A stretch of DNA of 64,000 nucleotides, from positions 224,001-288,000 of the forward strand of contig CAVWXH010000009.1 of NCBI GenBank assembly GCA_963758915.1. Reading direction: 5' to 3'. Positions 53,374-64,000 of the stretch are shown here, piece after piece. The position numbers and the translations under genes are program-made. Within the stretch, counting starts at the first letter, position 1. The number at the start of each line of letters is the position of its first letter. The notes under the pieces are model-generated. The model saw only the letters and a program-made list of their open reading frames with translations. It was not told where the DNA came from and ran no database searches. Source of the DNA: an uncultured Methanomicrobiales archaeon. GTDB taxonomy: Archaea > Halobacteriota > Methanomicrobia > Methanomicrobiales > Methanospirillaceae.

Positions 53374-55801
53374 TCAGTGGGAGTCATCTGTCTGTACCAC
53401 TTTTAAGGTAAATATCATGGCGGCACCTTGTGAAGGGTCATTTGCCACACGATCGTTCACCTTTATCTTTCCACCGTAGCGGTCAAGGAGCATCTTTACA
53501 ATATACAGGCCCAATCCCTTTGTATTTCCCCGTGTGGAACCTTTAGACGAATTGATAAATAATTTCGGTTTTAATTGGTCCGGGATCCCCGGACCATTAT
53601 CAGCAACCGTTACCGTCACCATTTCCCCTGTTTGTTTTGCCTGGACCCATATCGTGACAAACGGGCCCCCGAATATCACCGAATTGCTGATAAGGTTGGC
53701 AAAGATTTCCGAAAGCAGGTCATCTGCCATGACCAGGATACCTGTTTTTTCATAACAGAGGGCAACACCCCTGTTTCTGAGCGTTTCAGTCCTTATTATG
53801 GCATCAAGGTCGACAGGGGCAAGTTTAGTCGTTTTTTCCCTGATACGCCTGATCAGTGTTACCTTGCGGATTATCTCGATACTCTCTTCTATCCCCTTCC
53901 TGGTAGTAATCGCGTATTCTTTTAGTTTCCCATTGAGCATCTCGGTAAGGATGTCAATATACCCGAACGAGCGGGTGTTTGCATCGTTGATATCATGGAC
54001 AAGGATGTCGAGGTACAGGTTTGCTTCTTCATGGAGCCGTTTTAGTTCCGCGTGGAGTGTTGCCTCTTCAATTACCCTTCCGATTTTTTCCCCGAGCGCT
54101 TCAAGGATTGCTTTATCGGTTTCATCGAAGGTATTGCTGTGCATCCGCCCTACAAAAATGATGCCTGTAACCTTTGAATCTGTCCTGATCGGCACAGCAG
54201 CCGCAGATTTCAACCCGGTATCAACCAGGTCACTGAGCATGCCGGGCCCTTCAAAATAGAGCGCACGACGATGGAGCAACAGGGGTGCGAAATCTTCGTT
54301 ATCTATCCTGATCGAATGGAATTTTGTGGAAAGCAATTCACAAATGGGTTTACCGGTATTATACTGGCATTCAAATTCCCTCCTGTGGGAATCATACACG
54401 AATACCGCAGCGAGATCGAACCCAAGATGGTTCGAAAGGCGGTCCATGCTCTTCCGGAAAATGGTCTGGAATGGTTGTGTGGGCGAAATGATTGTAACGA
54501 TATCATTAATGACCGCATGCTGGTGTGCTTGTTGTTTAATCTCAGATTCGCGCAGTTTTCGTTCGGTAGTATCGATAATAAACCCCTCAAGTGCGAGAAG
54601 GTTATCTTCACTATCAAAAACACCACAACCCTGCTCCCATACCCACTTTTCGGTACCATCGGCGCATAGTAATACGGTAGGTGAGTGTAAAGGGCCGTTT
54701 TTGCTCGATTGCCTTCTGAACGCTGCTCCAGACTTTTTCGCGGTCTTCCAGGTGAATGAGGCCTCCATAGAGACAGTTCCCTCCCGATAGATCCTCCGGG
54801 TTATATCCTGTCAGCAGGAAACAGCCATCGCTGACAAAATCCATCGGCCAGTCCGGCCGGTTCTGGCACCGGTATGCCATTCCAGGAAGATTAGATAGAA
54901 GGGTGGCGAGCATTCTGCGGCTCTCCTCGAGTGCCTTCTCGGTTCTTTTCCGCTCGGAAATTTCTTCCTGGAGGTTCCTGGTGCGTTCGTCTACACGGTC
55001 TTCCAGTTCCTCGTTAAGGCGCTTTAATGCCTCTTCTGCCCGCTTTCTGATGGTAATGTCACGGGTAATCGAGAGGACTGCCGGCTGACCCTCATACTGG
55101 ATAAGGCGGCTGGATAACTCAATCGGAATGAACGACCCGTCCCTGCGGATATGGACCCCCTCAAAAAAGAGGTGTTTTTCAATAAGAAGTTCCTTGATTT
55201 TTCCTTTCACCATTGCCGCGTAGTCCGGGGATTCTATATCCATAAGGGACATCTGCAGCAGTTCATCACGTGAATACCCGAGCCGCTCAGTGGTAACCCG
55301 GTTTACTTCAAGAATCCGGGCATCAAGGTCGTGGATGATGATCCCATCGCTTGCGTTGTCAAAAAGTGTCCTGAATTTTTCTTCAGATAGTATCAGGGAG
55401 GCCTCTGTCTGTCGTTTTTCTTCCCTCAGCCGCTTTTCTTCGATTGCGTGGGCAACTGCAATGCCAAGACGGGCCATCCGGTCTTTCAGGAGGTAATCAG
55501 AGGCACCCTGCTTCATACACTCAATCGCAATTTCATCACCAATAGCCCCTGTAATTACGATAAACGGGATATCAAACCCTTTCTCCTGGAGAAGGCCCAG
55601 CGCAAGGAGCGCATCGAACTGGGGCATCGAGTAATCAGCCAGGATTACCTCAAGTGATGGATCCAGATGTGCAAGGAAATCCTCTCTCGTCTCCACGCGC
55701 CGAAAGATCGGGTCATAACCCACCTTTTTCAGCTCATGAAGCATCAGTTCGGCATCGGATGGCCGGTCTTCGAGGATCAGCATTCTCAGAGGGATTGACA
55801 T
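53374..55801 (-). CDS. Hybrid REC-PAS-PAS-GAF histidine kinase; indel near 54665
   Basis: REC domain (LILED..D, LADYSMP, ASDYLLK), PAS domains, GAF, H-box HDINDAN and HATPase (DNGPGI, GLGLYIV). Confidence 0.85.
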
Positions 55802-55960
55802 GGCAGTGTACCTGGTATGGAGATGGTGTATGGGCTGGTGGAATTCGGGATGACATGACGTGCAGTGCAGCATAACGGTCTGCGGCAGCCAGCCACTGTT
55901 TTACGTATGTGCCCCATCGGGGGCCTTTCCCTTGTGCGGGTCATTGTACCACATTCGGGA

Positions 55961-58765
55961 TCAGAGAGACCATGTTTCGTCACCGGTACCTCCGTCTATT
56001 GTAAAGAAAAATGTTGCGCCCTTATCAGTTTCTGCCTCTGCCCATACATCCCCTCCATGACGGTGAATAATCCGCTGGACAATGGCAAGACCAAGACCAG
56101 TGCCTTCGTATTCTTTAACTGGGTGAAGGCGCTGGAATACCACGAATAATTTTGGACGGTACCGCATATCAAACCCGATACCATTGTCCCGTACAAAGTA
56201 AATGTTATGGCCGTCTTTTCTAAAGGAGCCAACTTCTATCCGGGTTTCCTGGCATTTACGGGTAAATTTCAGGGCATTGGAGATAAGATTGATATAGACC
56301 AGCTTCAGCATATCCGGATCTGCCCTGCAGGGGGGGAGATCTTCAATCGCAATATCAACCACCCTTCCCGCCTTCTCACCCCGGAGTTCATCGAAGGCCT
56401 CGCGTGCAATATCAGCCGGATGTACTGTAACAATATTTAGCGATTTCCGGCTCATATGGGAGAAATTGAGCAGGTTGTCAATAAGTGCCCTCATATGGGT
56501 TACATTTTCCCTGACAAGAATGAGATAGCGTTTTCCTTCATCGTGGAGTTCTCCGCTATAATCATCAAGCACGATACGCGAAAACCCGTCGATTGCACGA
56601 AGCGGAGCCCGAAGGTCATGTGACACCATATAACTGAATGATTCTAACTCTTTGTTTATTGCCTCAAGCTGGAATGTCCGGCTGGATACCCGGGCTTCCA
56701 GCTCCTCATTGAGTTGCTGGAGCTCTTCTTCAATCTGTTTCCGGACGGTAATATCACTGTGAATTCCGATGAGACCGATGATGTTCCCTTTATCGTCTGT
56801 GATTGCATCTGCACGCAATTCAACCGGGAAGCGGCGCCCGTTTTTGGCAACCATGGTTACTTCCCCCTTCCATGAATCCCCACTCATAATTGTTGTAAAG
56901 ACATCATGTCCGATACCCGAATCTGCATACAGAATGGTGGGGCCCAACGCTGAATGCAGTTCTTCAACCTGGTACCCGAATAAGTCAGAAAATGCACGGT
57001 TCTGATAAATATGATACCCGGCAGGGTTAGAAATCCCGATTGCATCGCTGGCGCTTTCTACCGCCTTAAGGATTCGGAATAGTTCATCCTCAGTTTGTTT
57101 ACGGCCTGTGATGTCCTGGCCGGCAGCATAGAAACGGACCAGTCTTCCTTCTTTTTCATCCCATTCCGGCTGAGTCCTGTGGTTAACCCAATGGATCTCG
57201 CCATTTCTGCTGATCACCCGGAATTCACTTTCATGGCTCTCGTTTGAAAATAATTTCCGGCGGTGCTCATCGAGAATTCCCCGGTCTTCCGGGTGAACGA
57301 AAGAACTCCACCCCCCTGCTTTGAGAATTTCCTCTCTCGAAATTCCAATAATACTCCGGAACGCCCCGGTGGCCCATTCCGCAACAAACTTACCAGATGG
57401 TTCAACCCTCATCGCATAGGCATAATCAGATATCAGGTCGGAAGTCATCCTGTAACGTTCTTCACTTATCTTAAGTGCTGATTCGACCTCATTTTGCTTC
57501 CTGATTGTCTCTTTCAGTGTTGTTACCATCTCATTAATGCTTTTTTCCAGCCTTTGGAACTCCTTTCCGGTTGAGCTGCGTATCTTGTGGTCTAACTCAC
57601 CCTGTGCGATCCTGTCAACATCCTCAACGATTTCCCTGATTGGCCTGGTGAGATAGTTCGAGATCAGGAGCGCAGCTCCGAGACCTATCAGGAGCGCTGT
57701 GAGGGCAATTACCAGTCTCGTCAGGAGGAGACGGTTCAATGCATCCTGGACCAGCTTATTGTTGTAGGTTAATTCAACAACCAGGCTTGGATCAGACCCG
57801 TAATCCGGATCTTTCAGGTCGATAAAAAGATATCTGATAGTATAGCCGGTCGAAGTATTGACATTTTTTATATCTTTGCGATTCTGTATAATTTTCTGGA
57901 ATAAAACGGCCTCTTCAGGGTTTGAAATACCCGTGTAATTTCCTATCTGCTGTCCCTTTGAATTAAAGATCCTGATATTTTCAATGTACGGATTGTTCTC
58001 GGCAATCCTGTTGATAGCATCCCGGTATTGAAGACTGCCACGTTCCTTATCAAGTTCTTCCCCGGTCAATCCCAGTTCAAGGATATAGCGGTGGTCAGGG
58101 GTGGGTACATATGCAAATTTTCTTAATTTCCCCGTAGCAGTTTCGCGCACTACACGATCGGGAAAGAAGCCCTCTGAAAGCCTGATCTTGCTGAGGTACT
58201 GAAAAAAGTATGGAGCCGTCCCGAAATCAAGACCGATTTCCGGTTTATAGGTTGAATACTGGATGACCCCTGACTCATTGATAATATAAAGGTCTGTATT
58301 TTCGCCTATCTCCCGTTTGACCTTTTCGAGGTCCATTTTTTCAGGGTCCATTCCCGATCGGTTGTATTCCTCAAGAAATATCCTGAAATCTTCCTTCATC
58401 TGGCGGTTCAGGGTATTATCATAGAGCTTGAACCCCGAGTCGACCAGATAAAGGGACTCTTTGAGGTCCGCCTCTGTCTGGAACTGGACAATATTCGAAT
58501 TTTGTTCAAACGCGGTCTGTTCATTGAGATAATCAATGACGGTTATGCTGGTGACTATACTGATAATGAGAATAACCATGACAACCAGCAGGTAACGTGA
58601 GAAAGACCTTGTTTTAAGGAATTCACGAATTCTTGGCAGCACCTTTACGGACCCCCTGTTAGCACTGATGGTTATAATGCAGCGGTTATGTATTGAATCT
58701 GGGGCGGCACCCCTGAAAATTTTTGTTATATCGATTTCCAATGAAAATCCCATCGACAATTTCAT
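55961..58765 (-). CDS. Membrane sensor histidine kinase (extracytoplasmic sensor, HAMP, 2 PAS, HisKA, HATPase)
   Basis: Two TM segments, HAMP (TRPIREI), SHDLRAPL, NALKF, DNGIGF and GTGLGLAIV; true start may lie further downstream. Confidence 0.9.
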   Translation of the reverse strand: MKLSMGFSLEIDITKIFRGAAPDSIHNRCIITISANRGSVKVLPRIREFLKTRSFSRYLLVVMVILIISIVTSITVIDYLNEQTAFEQNSNIVQFQTEADLKESLYLVDSGFKLYDNTLNRQMKEDFRIFLEEYNRSGMDPEKMDLEKVKREIGENTDLYIINESGVIQYSTYKPEIGLDFGTAPYFFQYLSKIRLSEGFFPDRVVRETATGKLRKFAYVPTPDHRYILELGLTGEELDKERGSLQYRDAINRIAENNPYIENIRIFNSKGQQIGNYTGISNPEEAVLFQKIIQNRKDIKNVNTSTGYTIRYLFIDLKDPDYGSDPSLVVELTYNNKLVQDALNRLLLTRLVIALTALLIGLGAALLISNYLTRPIREIVEDVDRIAQGELDHKIRSSTGKEFQRLEKSINEMVTTLKETIRKQNEVESALKISEERYRMTSDLISDYAYAMRVEPSGKFVAEWATGAFRSIIGISREEILKAGGWSSFVHPEDRGILDEHRRKLFSNESHESEFRVISRNGEIHWVNHRTQPEWDEKEGRLVRFYAAGQDITGRKQTEDELFRILKAVESASDAIGISNPAGYHIYQNRAFSDLFGYQVEELHSALGPTILYADSGIGHDVFTTIMSGDSWKGEVTMVAKNGRRFPVELRADAITDDKGNIIGLIGIHSDITVRKQIEEELQQLNEELEARVSSRTFQLEAINKELESFSYMVSHDLRAPLRAIDGFSRIVLDDYSGELHDEGKRYLILVRENVTHMRALIDNLLNFSHMSRKSLNIVTVHPADIAREAFDELRGEKAGRVVDIAIEDLPPCRADPDMLKLVYINLISNALKFTRKCQETRIEVGSFRKDGHNIYFVRDNGIGFDMRYRPKLFVVFQRLHPVKEYEGTGLGLAIVQRIIHRHGGDVWAEAETDKGATFFFTIDGGTGDETWSL

Positions 58766-59020
58766 TGTTTATGCCCGACAGCGGGGCGGTCATAGGCGGT
58801 TGTCATGAAAACGGGCATGATGCCGGAAGACCACACGCATATACAGGATGAAAATTGAATACCCCCCCGGGGGTCATTTTTATATTAAATTTTGAATCCA
58901 ACAACGCGACGGGTGTGAAAAGTAGGCCTTTCAAATTTTAATCTCTTTGGTGCGAGGCCCTTCTGCTTTATGAGGGTTTTTAAGAGAAAAACCAGTGTGA
59001 GGATCCGGGGAGAGGAATAT

Positions 59021-59931
59021 TCATTCTTCCTTACGCCTTCTGAAGAGTATTGACCCTGACCCTGCAATCGCTATTGCAACAAGCAGTAATGGAAATTGCA
59101 ATGGAGATTTCGTTGTACCCGGAACCCGTGACCCGGGTGGGATCGTCGTAGTCAGGTCTGTTCCGGGTAAAATCCCCCGAGGAATATCCTGGCCTGAATT
59201 CAATCCTGCAGTCTCATTCTGGTAAGCGACAGATTGATTTGCCCTGACTGCCCCACTGGCGAGTCTGTTTAGCAATCGACCGGTTTAACTGGATATCAGA
59301 CCGCTTTGGGTTGATTGCAATTGCCCGGTCATAGCTTGCAATCGCTTCCGGGTATTTACCGGCATTCATCAACGCATCCCCCCTCTGTGCTGCTGCAGAT
59401 TCATCTGACGGGTCAAGGAGGAGCACCTGGGTATACGCGATTACTGCCTCATCATAGCGTCCCATTGCGGACAAAACCTTCCCCCTGGTCATCCATGCCC
59501 GGACAGAGTACGGGTCAATGGACAGGGACTTGTTCAGCATGCTCAGCGATTGGTTCATATCACCTTCGCGGAAATAGTCAGAACCCTTTACGGCAAGCAA
59601 CAGAGCAGAATCTGATGAACTTTCTGAACCGCTTACACCTCCGGTGGAACTGCCACCTGATGACCCGGAGTCGGATGCTGAATTCCCTGTTCCAGAGCTG
59701 CCACCTGATTCGGAATGCTCTGCGCCCGCGCCATCCGGTGTTGACCCCCCATTGGAGCTGGCAGGGGTATCGGGCCCGCTAAACCCCGGACTGTTCCATC
59801 CATAATCAGGGGGACTTGTATCAAAACCACCGCATCCACAATCGTCACCATTACAGATTCCAATAAGGAAAAGACACACTATCATCCCGGTTACAACAGC
59901 AATACCTGCCCCCTGAAAATTGATACTTCAT
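59021..59931 (-). CDS. Secreted TPR-repeat protein with Ser/Gly linker and KSP-TM-basic C-terminal anchor; indels
   Basis: TPR repeats (AWMTRGKVL..GRYDEA, YPEAIASYDRAI); tail TKSPLQFPLLLVAIAIAG...RRRKEE; GGAGG SD before ATG at 59931. Confidence 0.7.
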
Positions 59932-60243
59932 TCCTCCTGCAATAATACGGTGTTCTTCTACCCGCATATAGATATTCAGACATTGGACACCAGGGTGCCC
60001 GGCTTATTACATATCGGGGTAGGAACGCTCGTTGTAAACCAATATGCAATCGGGAACAGAAACACCATTGGTTGACTTTATTGTGGCAGGAGAGGGCGGA
60101 TTTTAGTTTGATCGCGGAATAAGCTGATAAATTCGTGTATTTTATAATTTTACCTGATGAAAACCTGACATTTATCAGACCCATGTCGTACATGTGTCAG
60201 ATAAAATGCGATACCTTTTTAACAAGAATGTGATATCACAATT

Positions 60244-60358
60244 AGGTGTACCGATCAACCGCCCCCGCAATAGGTTGCCTGTGATATCGTCTCTATTGAC
60301 GCCACCTTGATCTTTAGGCGATATTCAGGCAGGCGTCGCCTGCGGAACCGGTGCACCT
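60244..60358 (+). ncRNA. Candidate structured small RNA (four-way junction)
   Basis: Closing stem AGGTGTACCG/CGGTGCACCT encloses three hairpins. Three G-U pairs favour the + strand. TATA-like TTTTTAA about 25 nt upstream and a T-tract directly downstream. Confidence 0.55.
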
Positions 60359-60723
60359 TAGTTTTTTGTTAAATCTCCTTGTATATAAAGTATATTGGTC
60401 ATGGGCGTATAATTCATCCCGCATTTTCAATTTCATATGAAGTCTTACCTTTATTTTCGAAAATAGTCCCCACAATGATGGGAATTACATATATGACCAA
60501 TACGGGATTATTTTACAAATTAAATCGTTAATTATGCTTATATTCAAGGTTCGTGCCTTCTGCAAAGTCTGTCGTGGAAGATCCGTGCGAATCTATCTCT
60601 CTGATACAAATCCGTTAGGAGCGCATCAGCAAACGGAAAAGTAGACCGAAAACATACGACCCGCCGCAGTCTGAAAAATGAGAGACTCGTACCTCTTCTT
60701 CGAAGAAACACCGAATATGAAAA

Positions 60724-60797
60724 TGGGCTCGAGGAGATTCGAACTCCTGACCTCCGCCATGTCAAGGCGACGTCATAGCCAGCTAGACCACGAGCCC
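60724..60797 (-). tRNA. tRNA-Val(GAC)
   Basis: GGGCTCG acceptor stem, D-arm, anticodon stem CGCC-TTGACAT-GGCG, T-loop GTTCGAATC; 74 nt, CCA not encoded. Confidence 0.96.
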
Positions 60798-60959
60798 TCA
60801 AAAATTGGCAAATGCTTCTTTAATTTGGATCATCCTAATATTAAAAAATTGGCTTTTTAATGCAGTTTCTTCCATTGGCGGTATACACATTGTATCCTGA
60901 AACGGTTTATTTTCCGGATAATCCCGGGGCTGATTGCCGGTTTTTTCAAAAAATATAAA

Positions 60960-62579
60960 TTATATCCAGTTATCAGACAATTTCGCAAAGCGGCCTGTAA
61001 AAATCCCGACCTTCGCACGGATCTCGTCCATGATTTCGGGAGGTACCTCGCTGTCAACATTCAAAACCATGATAGCCTCCTGGCCAGGGTTGATACGTCC
61101 CACCTGCATACCCGCAATATTGATATTCGCCTGCCCAAGTATGGTGGATGCCCTTCCGATAACACCGGGCTTGTCAAGGTGACGCGATACGATGACATAT
61201 CCTTCAGGGATCATATCCATGGTGTAACCTCCAATCGCTACGATCCTGCTCCGCCCCTTGAAGAAAACGGTCCCGCTGACCGATTCCTCACCCTTGTCGG
61301 TAAGGACCCGGATAGTAATCAGGTTTTTAAACCCTTGTGCATCCGCAGTTATAGTCTCACTTACCTTTATACCTCGTTCACTTGCGATATACTCGGCATT
61401 GACCATGTTGACCGGGACCTGCAGGATCGGGTCAAGCAGACCCTTGAGCGCCACCCTCGTGATGAATTTTGTATTATAGGTGCTCTGGGAGAGCTCCCCG
61501 CCGTAGATTATCTCCACCTTTTCAAGTCTTCCTTCAACGAGCTGGATTAAAAACCGGCCAATTCTCTCGGCAAGACGGGCGAACGGTTCAACAACATCCT
61601 GCTGGTCGGCCGGTACGAGGGGAGCATTGACCACATATTTTGCTGAGCCCCCCTCAAGGACAGAAATACATTGCTTCGCAATTGAAACTGCGACGTTTGT
61701 CTGTGCTTCAACTGTGCTCGCCCCGAGGTGTGGTGTAACAATTACCTGGTCAAGCTCGAGAAGGGGTGATTGAAAAGGCGGCTCTTCTTCAAACACATCA
61801 AGAGCCGCACCAGCGACCTTTCCTGACTTGATCGCATCATACAGTGCTTTTTCATCAATAATACCACCGCGGGCACAATTGATGATCCTTACCCCGTCCT
61901 TCATGGTGGCGATGCTCTTTGCATTGATGAGGTGCCGGGTCTCTTTTATCAGCGGGGTGTGGACTGTGATCACATCGGATACCCGGAAGAGCTCTTCAAC
62001 CGACATAGAATCTACACCAAACTGGGCAGCTTTCTCCTTGCCGATGAACGGGTCATAACCAACAATATGCATACCAAGTGCGGTCGCTCTTTTTGTGACT
62101 TCGCGACCGATCCTCCCTAGTCCCAGGATCCCAAGGGTTTTTTCATTCAGTTCGACCCCCATGAACCTGGAGCGTTTCCATTCCTTTTTTTTCAGCGACG
62201 CGGTCGCCTGTGGAATATTTCTGGCAAGGGAAAGCATCATGGCCATGGTGTGTTCTGTTGCTGCCAGCGTATTGCCTTCAGGGGCATTTGCAACAATAAT
62301 TCCCTTCCGGGTAGCAGCATCCATATCGATATTGTCGACCCCGGCTCCCGCACGCCCGATAAACCGTAAGTTTTTCCCGGCTTCGATAACTTTTGCGGTG
62401 ACTTCAGTCCCGCTTCTGACGAGAAGGGCATCGTAATTCCCGATAATTGAAATAAGCTGATCTTCTTTCAGATCGGTCTTTTCATCCACCTCAAATTGTG
62501 TTCTGAGTATGGCGAGACCCTCTTCTGCAAGTGGATCGCTGACGAGTACTTTATAGCTCAATTTTAAAACCCATATCAT
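60960..62579 (-). CDS. serA: D-3-phosphoglycerate dehydrogenase
   Basis: RAGAGVDNID, GLGRIG, NCARGG and TPHLGAST motifs; C-terminal ACT domain DKPGVIG. Confidence 0.95.
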   Translation of the reverse strand: MIWVLKLSYKVLVSDPLAEEGLAILRTQFEVDEKTDLKEDQLISIIGNYDALLVRSGTEVTAKVIEAGKNLRFIGRAGAGVDNIDMDAATRKGIIVANAPEGNTLAATEHTMAMMLSLARNIPQATASLKKKEWKRSRFMGVELNEKTLGILGLGRIGREVTKRATALGMHIVGYDPFIGKEKAAQFGVDSMSVEELFRVSDVITVHTPLIKETRHLINAKSIATMKDGVRIINCARGGIIDEKALYDAIKSGKVAGAALDVFEEEPPFQSPLLELDQVIVTPHLGASTVEAQTNVAVSIAKQCISVLEGGSAKYVVNAPLVPADQQDVVEPFARLAERIGRFLIQLVEGRLEKVEIIYGGELSQSTYNTKFITRVALKGLLDPILQVPVNMVNAEYIASERGIKVSETITADAQGFKNLITIRVLTDKGEESVSGTVFFKGRSRIVAIGGYTMDMIPEGYVIVSRHLDKPGVIGRASTILGQANINIAGMQVGRINPGQEAIMVLNVDSEVPPEIMDEIRAKVGIFTGRFAKLSDNWI

Positions 62580-62712
62580 ATCAGCACTGTACTATTCAAT
62601 GGTTTTCAAATCAGGAGCAGTGGTACTCAAGGTTAATCCGAAAAAAAAACCCGGGTTATTCGGGATGCACAATTATTTACTGGAGGAACAACGAGACTAT
62701 AGTGGTGCGTGC

Positions 62713-64000
62713 ATGAAGGAATTACCGGATATTCTATGGCTTGAAGAGATCAGGAAGGAGGATATTGCCGCTGTGGGCGGTAAGGGGGCCTCACTCGGAG
62801 AGATGGCAGTAATCGGGCTGCCGGTCCCGCGGGCGTTCGTAGTAACGAGCCATGCATTCCGCAGGTTCCTCGTCGAGACAGGGCTTGAAAAAACAATTTT
62901 TAAGAATTTCGAGAACCTGGATGTCGAGAATAATGCTGCCCTTGAAAAGGCTGCGGAAAAAGCGAAAGAGGAGGTCCTCAGGGCACCTATGCCCCAGTCC
63001 ATGATCCAGCATATCATGGAGGCCTACCAGAAGATGGACGCCGGAGAGATGATCGTGGCTGTCCGTTCAAGTGCCACGGCAGAGGACCTGCCTGATGCCA
63101 GTTTCGCAGGTCAACAGGAGACCTACCTGAATATCAAGGGAAACCAAAACCTCCTCAAGGCAGTTCAGATGTGCTGGGCTTCGCTCTACGGAGCCAGGGC
63201 AATTTATTACCGTGCAAAACAGGGGTTCGACGATAATTCTGTGAATATTGCAGTCGTCGTCCAGCAGCTCATTAATTCTGAGAAGGCCGGTGTAATGTTC
63301 ACAACCCACCCGGTAACAGGGGAGCCGCTGAGCATCATTGAAGGTTCATGGGGTCTTGGCGAGTCAGTCGTTTCGGGATCGGTATCCCCGGATAAGTACA
63401 TATTTGACCAGCGTTCTGAGAAGGTTGTTGACCGCCTGATTGCGAATAAGAAGATCGAGATAATCGCTGAGGGGACACATGGCACGAAGGTGGTGCCGGT
63501 AACTCCGGACAGGCAGGACGCGCAGGTCCTCTCCGACGAGGAAGTCGCCAGACTCGCTTTGTTTGGAAAAATTGCCGAAAACCATTACGGTATCCCCCAG
63601 GACATTGAATGGGCAATAGTCAGGAGTACCTTTTATATCCTCCAGTCCCGCCCGATTACCACGATAAAACCTAAGGGTACGCCTTCCGCAGCCGGCAGGA
63701 CAGAGTCAGGTAGTACAATAATTCTTAAGGGCCAGGGGGCCTCACCCGGGATCGCATCCGGGAAAGTGGTTATCGTACGCGATGCAAAGGATACCAGTGC
63801 AGTCCGGGAAGGGGATATCATGGTCACAAAGATGACCAATCCTGATATGGTACCGGCAATGAAAAAAGTGGCCGCCATTGTCACCGATGAAGGTGGTATG
63901 ACCTGCCATGCGGCAATCGTAAGCCGGGAACTTGGGACACCTGCAATTGTCGGTACTAAAAACGGGACCCTGACACTGAAACCCGGACAGATGGTTACCG
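62713..64000 (+). CDS. ppsA: Phosphoenolpyruvate synthase (runs off the window end)
   Basis: Read by hand: VGGKGASLGEM, AVRSSATAEDLPDASFAGQQET, QDIEWA, LQSRPIT and GGMTCHAAIVSRELG. Confidence 0.93.
   Translation, partial: MKELPDILWLEEIRKEDIAAVGGKGASLGEMAVIGLPVPRAFVVTSHAFRRFLVETGLEKTIFKNFENLDVENNAALEKAAEKAKEEVLRAPMPQSMIQHIMEAYQKMDAGEMIVAVRSSATAEDLPDASFAGQQETYLNIKGNQNLLKAVQMCWASLYGARAIYYRAKQGFDDNSVNIAVVVQQLINSEKAGVMFTTHPVTGEPLSIIEGSWGLGESVVSGSVSPDKYIFDQRSEKVVDRLIANKKIEIIAEGTHGTKVVPVTPDRQDAQVLSDEEVARLALFGKIAENHYGIPQDIEWAIVRSTFYILQSRPITTIKPKGTPSAAGRTESGSTIILKGQGASPGIASGKVVIVRDAKDTSAVREGDIMVTKMTNPDMVPAMKKVAAIVTDEGGMTCHAAIVSRELGTPAIVGTKNGTLTLKPGQMVT

Noticed and set aside
60256-60272. CCGCCCCCGCAA resembles part of a cobalamin riboswitch
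   Set aside because: The other core elements (AGGGAA, GGTGnAAnTCC, B12 box) are missing and there is no downstream gene in the proper position.
60724-60797. tRNA-Val as an integration site for an island or provirus
   Set aside because: No integrase and no duplicated tRNA 3' end were seen in the window; the flanking genes look like host genes.
1-64000. CRISPR array or rRNA genes
   Set aside because: No regularly spaced direct repeats and no rRNA-like sequence were found.

Overview
Archaeal chromosome segment from a hydrogenotrophic methanogen, most likely Methanomicrobiales (inferred from the mtrA-like gene, PGF-CTERM/PKD/PEGA surface proteins, NreA, DUF2117 and an archaeal tRNA-Val). About 14 genes are split by small indels, which look more like long-read assembly errors than true pseudogenes. 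Layout: (1) 0-2.4 kb, a sulfur-relay module (two YeeE/YedE proteins and a DsrH/E/F-like fusion). (2) 2.5-10.6 kb, a large arsenic island (arsR, arsP, acr3, arsM, arsF/arsG-like, thioredoxin, Cys-rich proteins) that unusually includes a soluble MtrA-like corrinoid protein, a DUF166 gene and an unannotated 52-aa zinc-finger microprotein. (3) 12.8-44 kb, a molybdenum/tungsten acquisition region with WtpABC, TupBC, a TupA-WtpA fusion, a MOT1 transporter, a Mo-storage (MosB-like) protein and MobB. It also encodes secreted proteins carrying about 11 copies of a Cys-less molybdopterin-oxidoreductase-like fold, including a ~1800-aa cohesin/dockerin protein next to a membrane-anchored cohesin. (4) 44-64 kb, mostly housekeeping genes (lig, nreA, gmd, manC, two histidine kinases, tRNA-Val, serA, ppsA), plus an IS903-like MITE and a candidate structured small RNA. 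Best novelty candidates: a cellulosome-like cell-surface Mo/W (or metallopterin) scavenging complex, and a corrinoid-linked arsenic methyl-transfer module. All family assignments come from motif recognition by eye; no database searches were run.
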